NCBI GenBank assembly: GCA_013115125.1
Contig: JABANN010000356.1
Location: forward strand, 1 to 35,843
Source: Perkinsus olseni
Taxonomy: Eukaryota
Length of the DNA stretch: 35,843 bases
Direction: 5' to 3'
Positions 35,651-35,843 of this stretch are shown here, piece after piece; the stretch's first letter is position 1; each line of letters starts with the position of its first letter. Below the pieces are notes generated by a model. That model did no database searches. It was not told the origin of the DNA and saw only the letters and a program-made list of their open reading frames with translations. The position numbers and the translations under genes were made by a program.

Positions 35651-35843
35651 GAAGCCCGGAGAATCTGCTTCACTTGCGATTCGCATCCTTGAGATACCTT
35701 TTTGATTGCAGATCGGAAAGCACCTACCAGGAGCGAGGATTAAACTCGCGCTCTTCTGCGTGTAAGGCAGACGCCATAACCACTAGACTATCCCGGCGAT
35801 AAACCCCGAAGAACTTGCTTCATCTACAATCCGCATCCTTGAG
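35651..35843. repeat. 150-bp-period tandem unit containing tRNA-Val
   Basis: 35651-35693 and 35801-35843 align ungapped at 33/43, exactly 150 bp apart, flanking the tRNA. Confidence 0.75.
35725..35797 (-). tRNA. tRNA-Val(TAC) variant or pseudogene
   Basis: 63/73 identical to the copy at 32343. T-loop is TTTAATC (C56 changed to T, damaging the B-box). Compensatory A-T pair in the T-stem. Confidence 0.8.

Noticed and set aside
1-35843. Most short entries of the six-frame ORF track
   Set aside because: Antisense shadows or intron read-through of the spliced genes

Overview
Gene-dense eukaryotic DNA (~50% GC, many 40-80 nt GT-AG introns, a flagellar gene). The style suggests an alveolate protist such as Perkinsus, which is inference only. 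The ORF track is mostly noise because the real genes are spliced. Manual splicing gives, left to right: a PIP5K-family lipid kinase (-), a START-domain lipid-transfer protein (-), a small acidic protein (-), two tandem paralogues of a secreted ~215-aa protein (one intact, one double-frameshifted), a poorly resolved low-complexity gene region (-), a small basic protein (-), a coiled-coil hypothetical (+), a large ARM-like protein (+) whose introns hold a decayed Mutator-like transposase and a tRNA-Ala gene, and CFAP99 (+) with an antisense intronic tRNA-Val. A second tRNA-Val sits in an apparent 150-bp tandem unit at the window edge. The most striking non-gene signal is five non-coding sites matching the hairpin-type excision scar expected of an 8-bp-TSD (hAT-like) transposon. 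One carries a 55-bp perfect palindrome explained by very long P-nucleotides. No transposase of that type is visible in the window.
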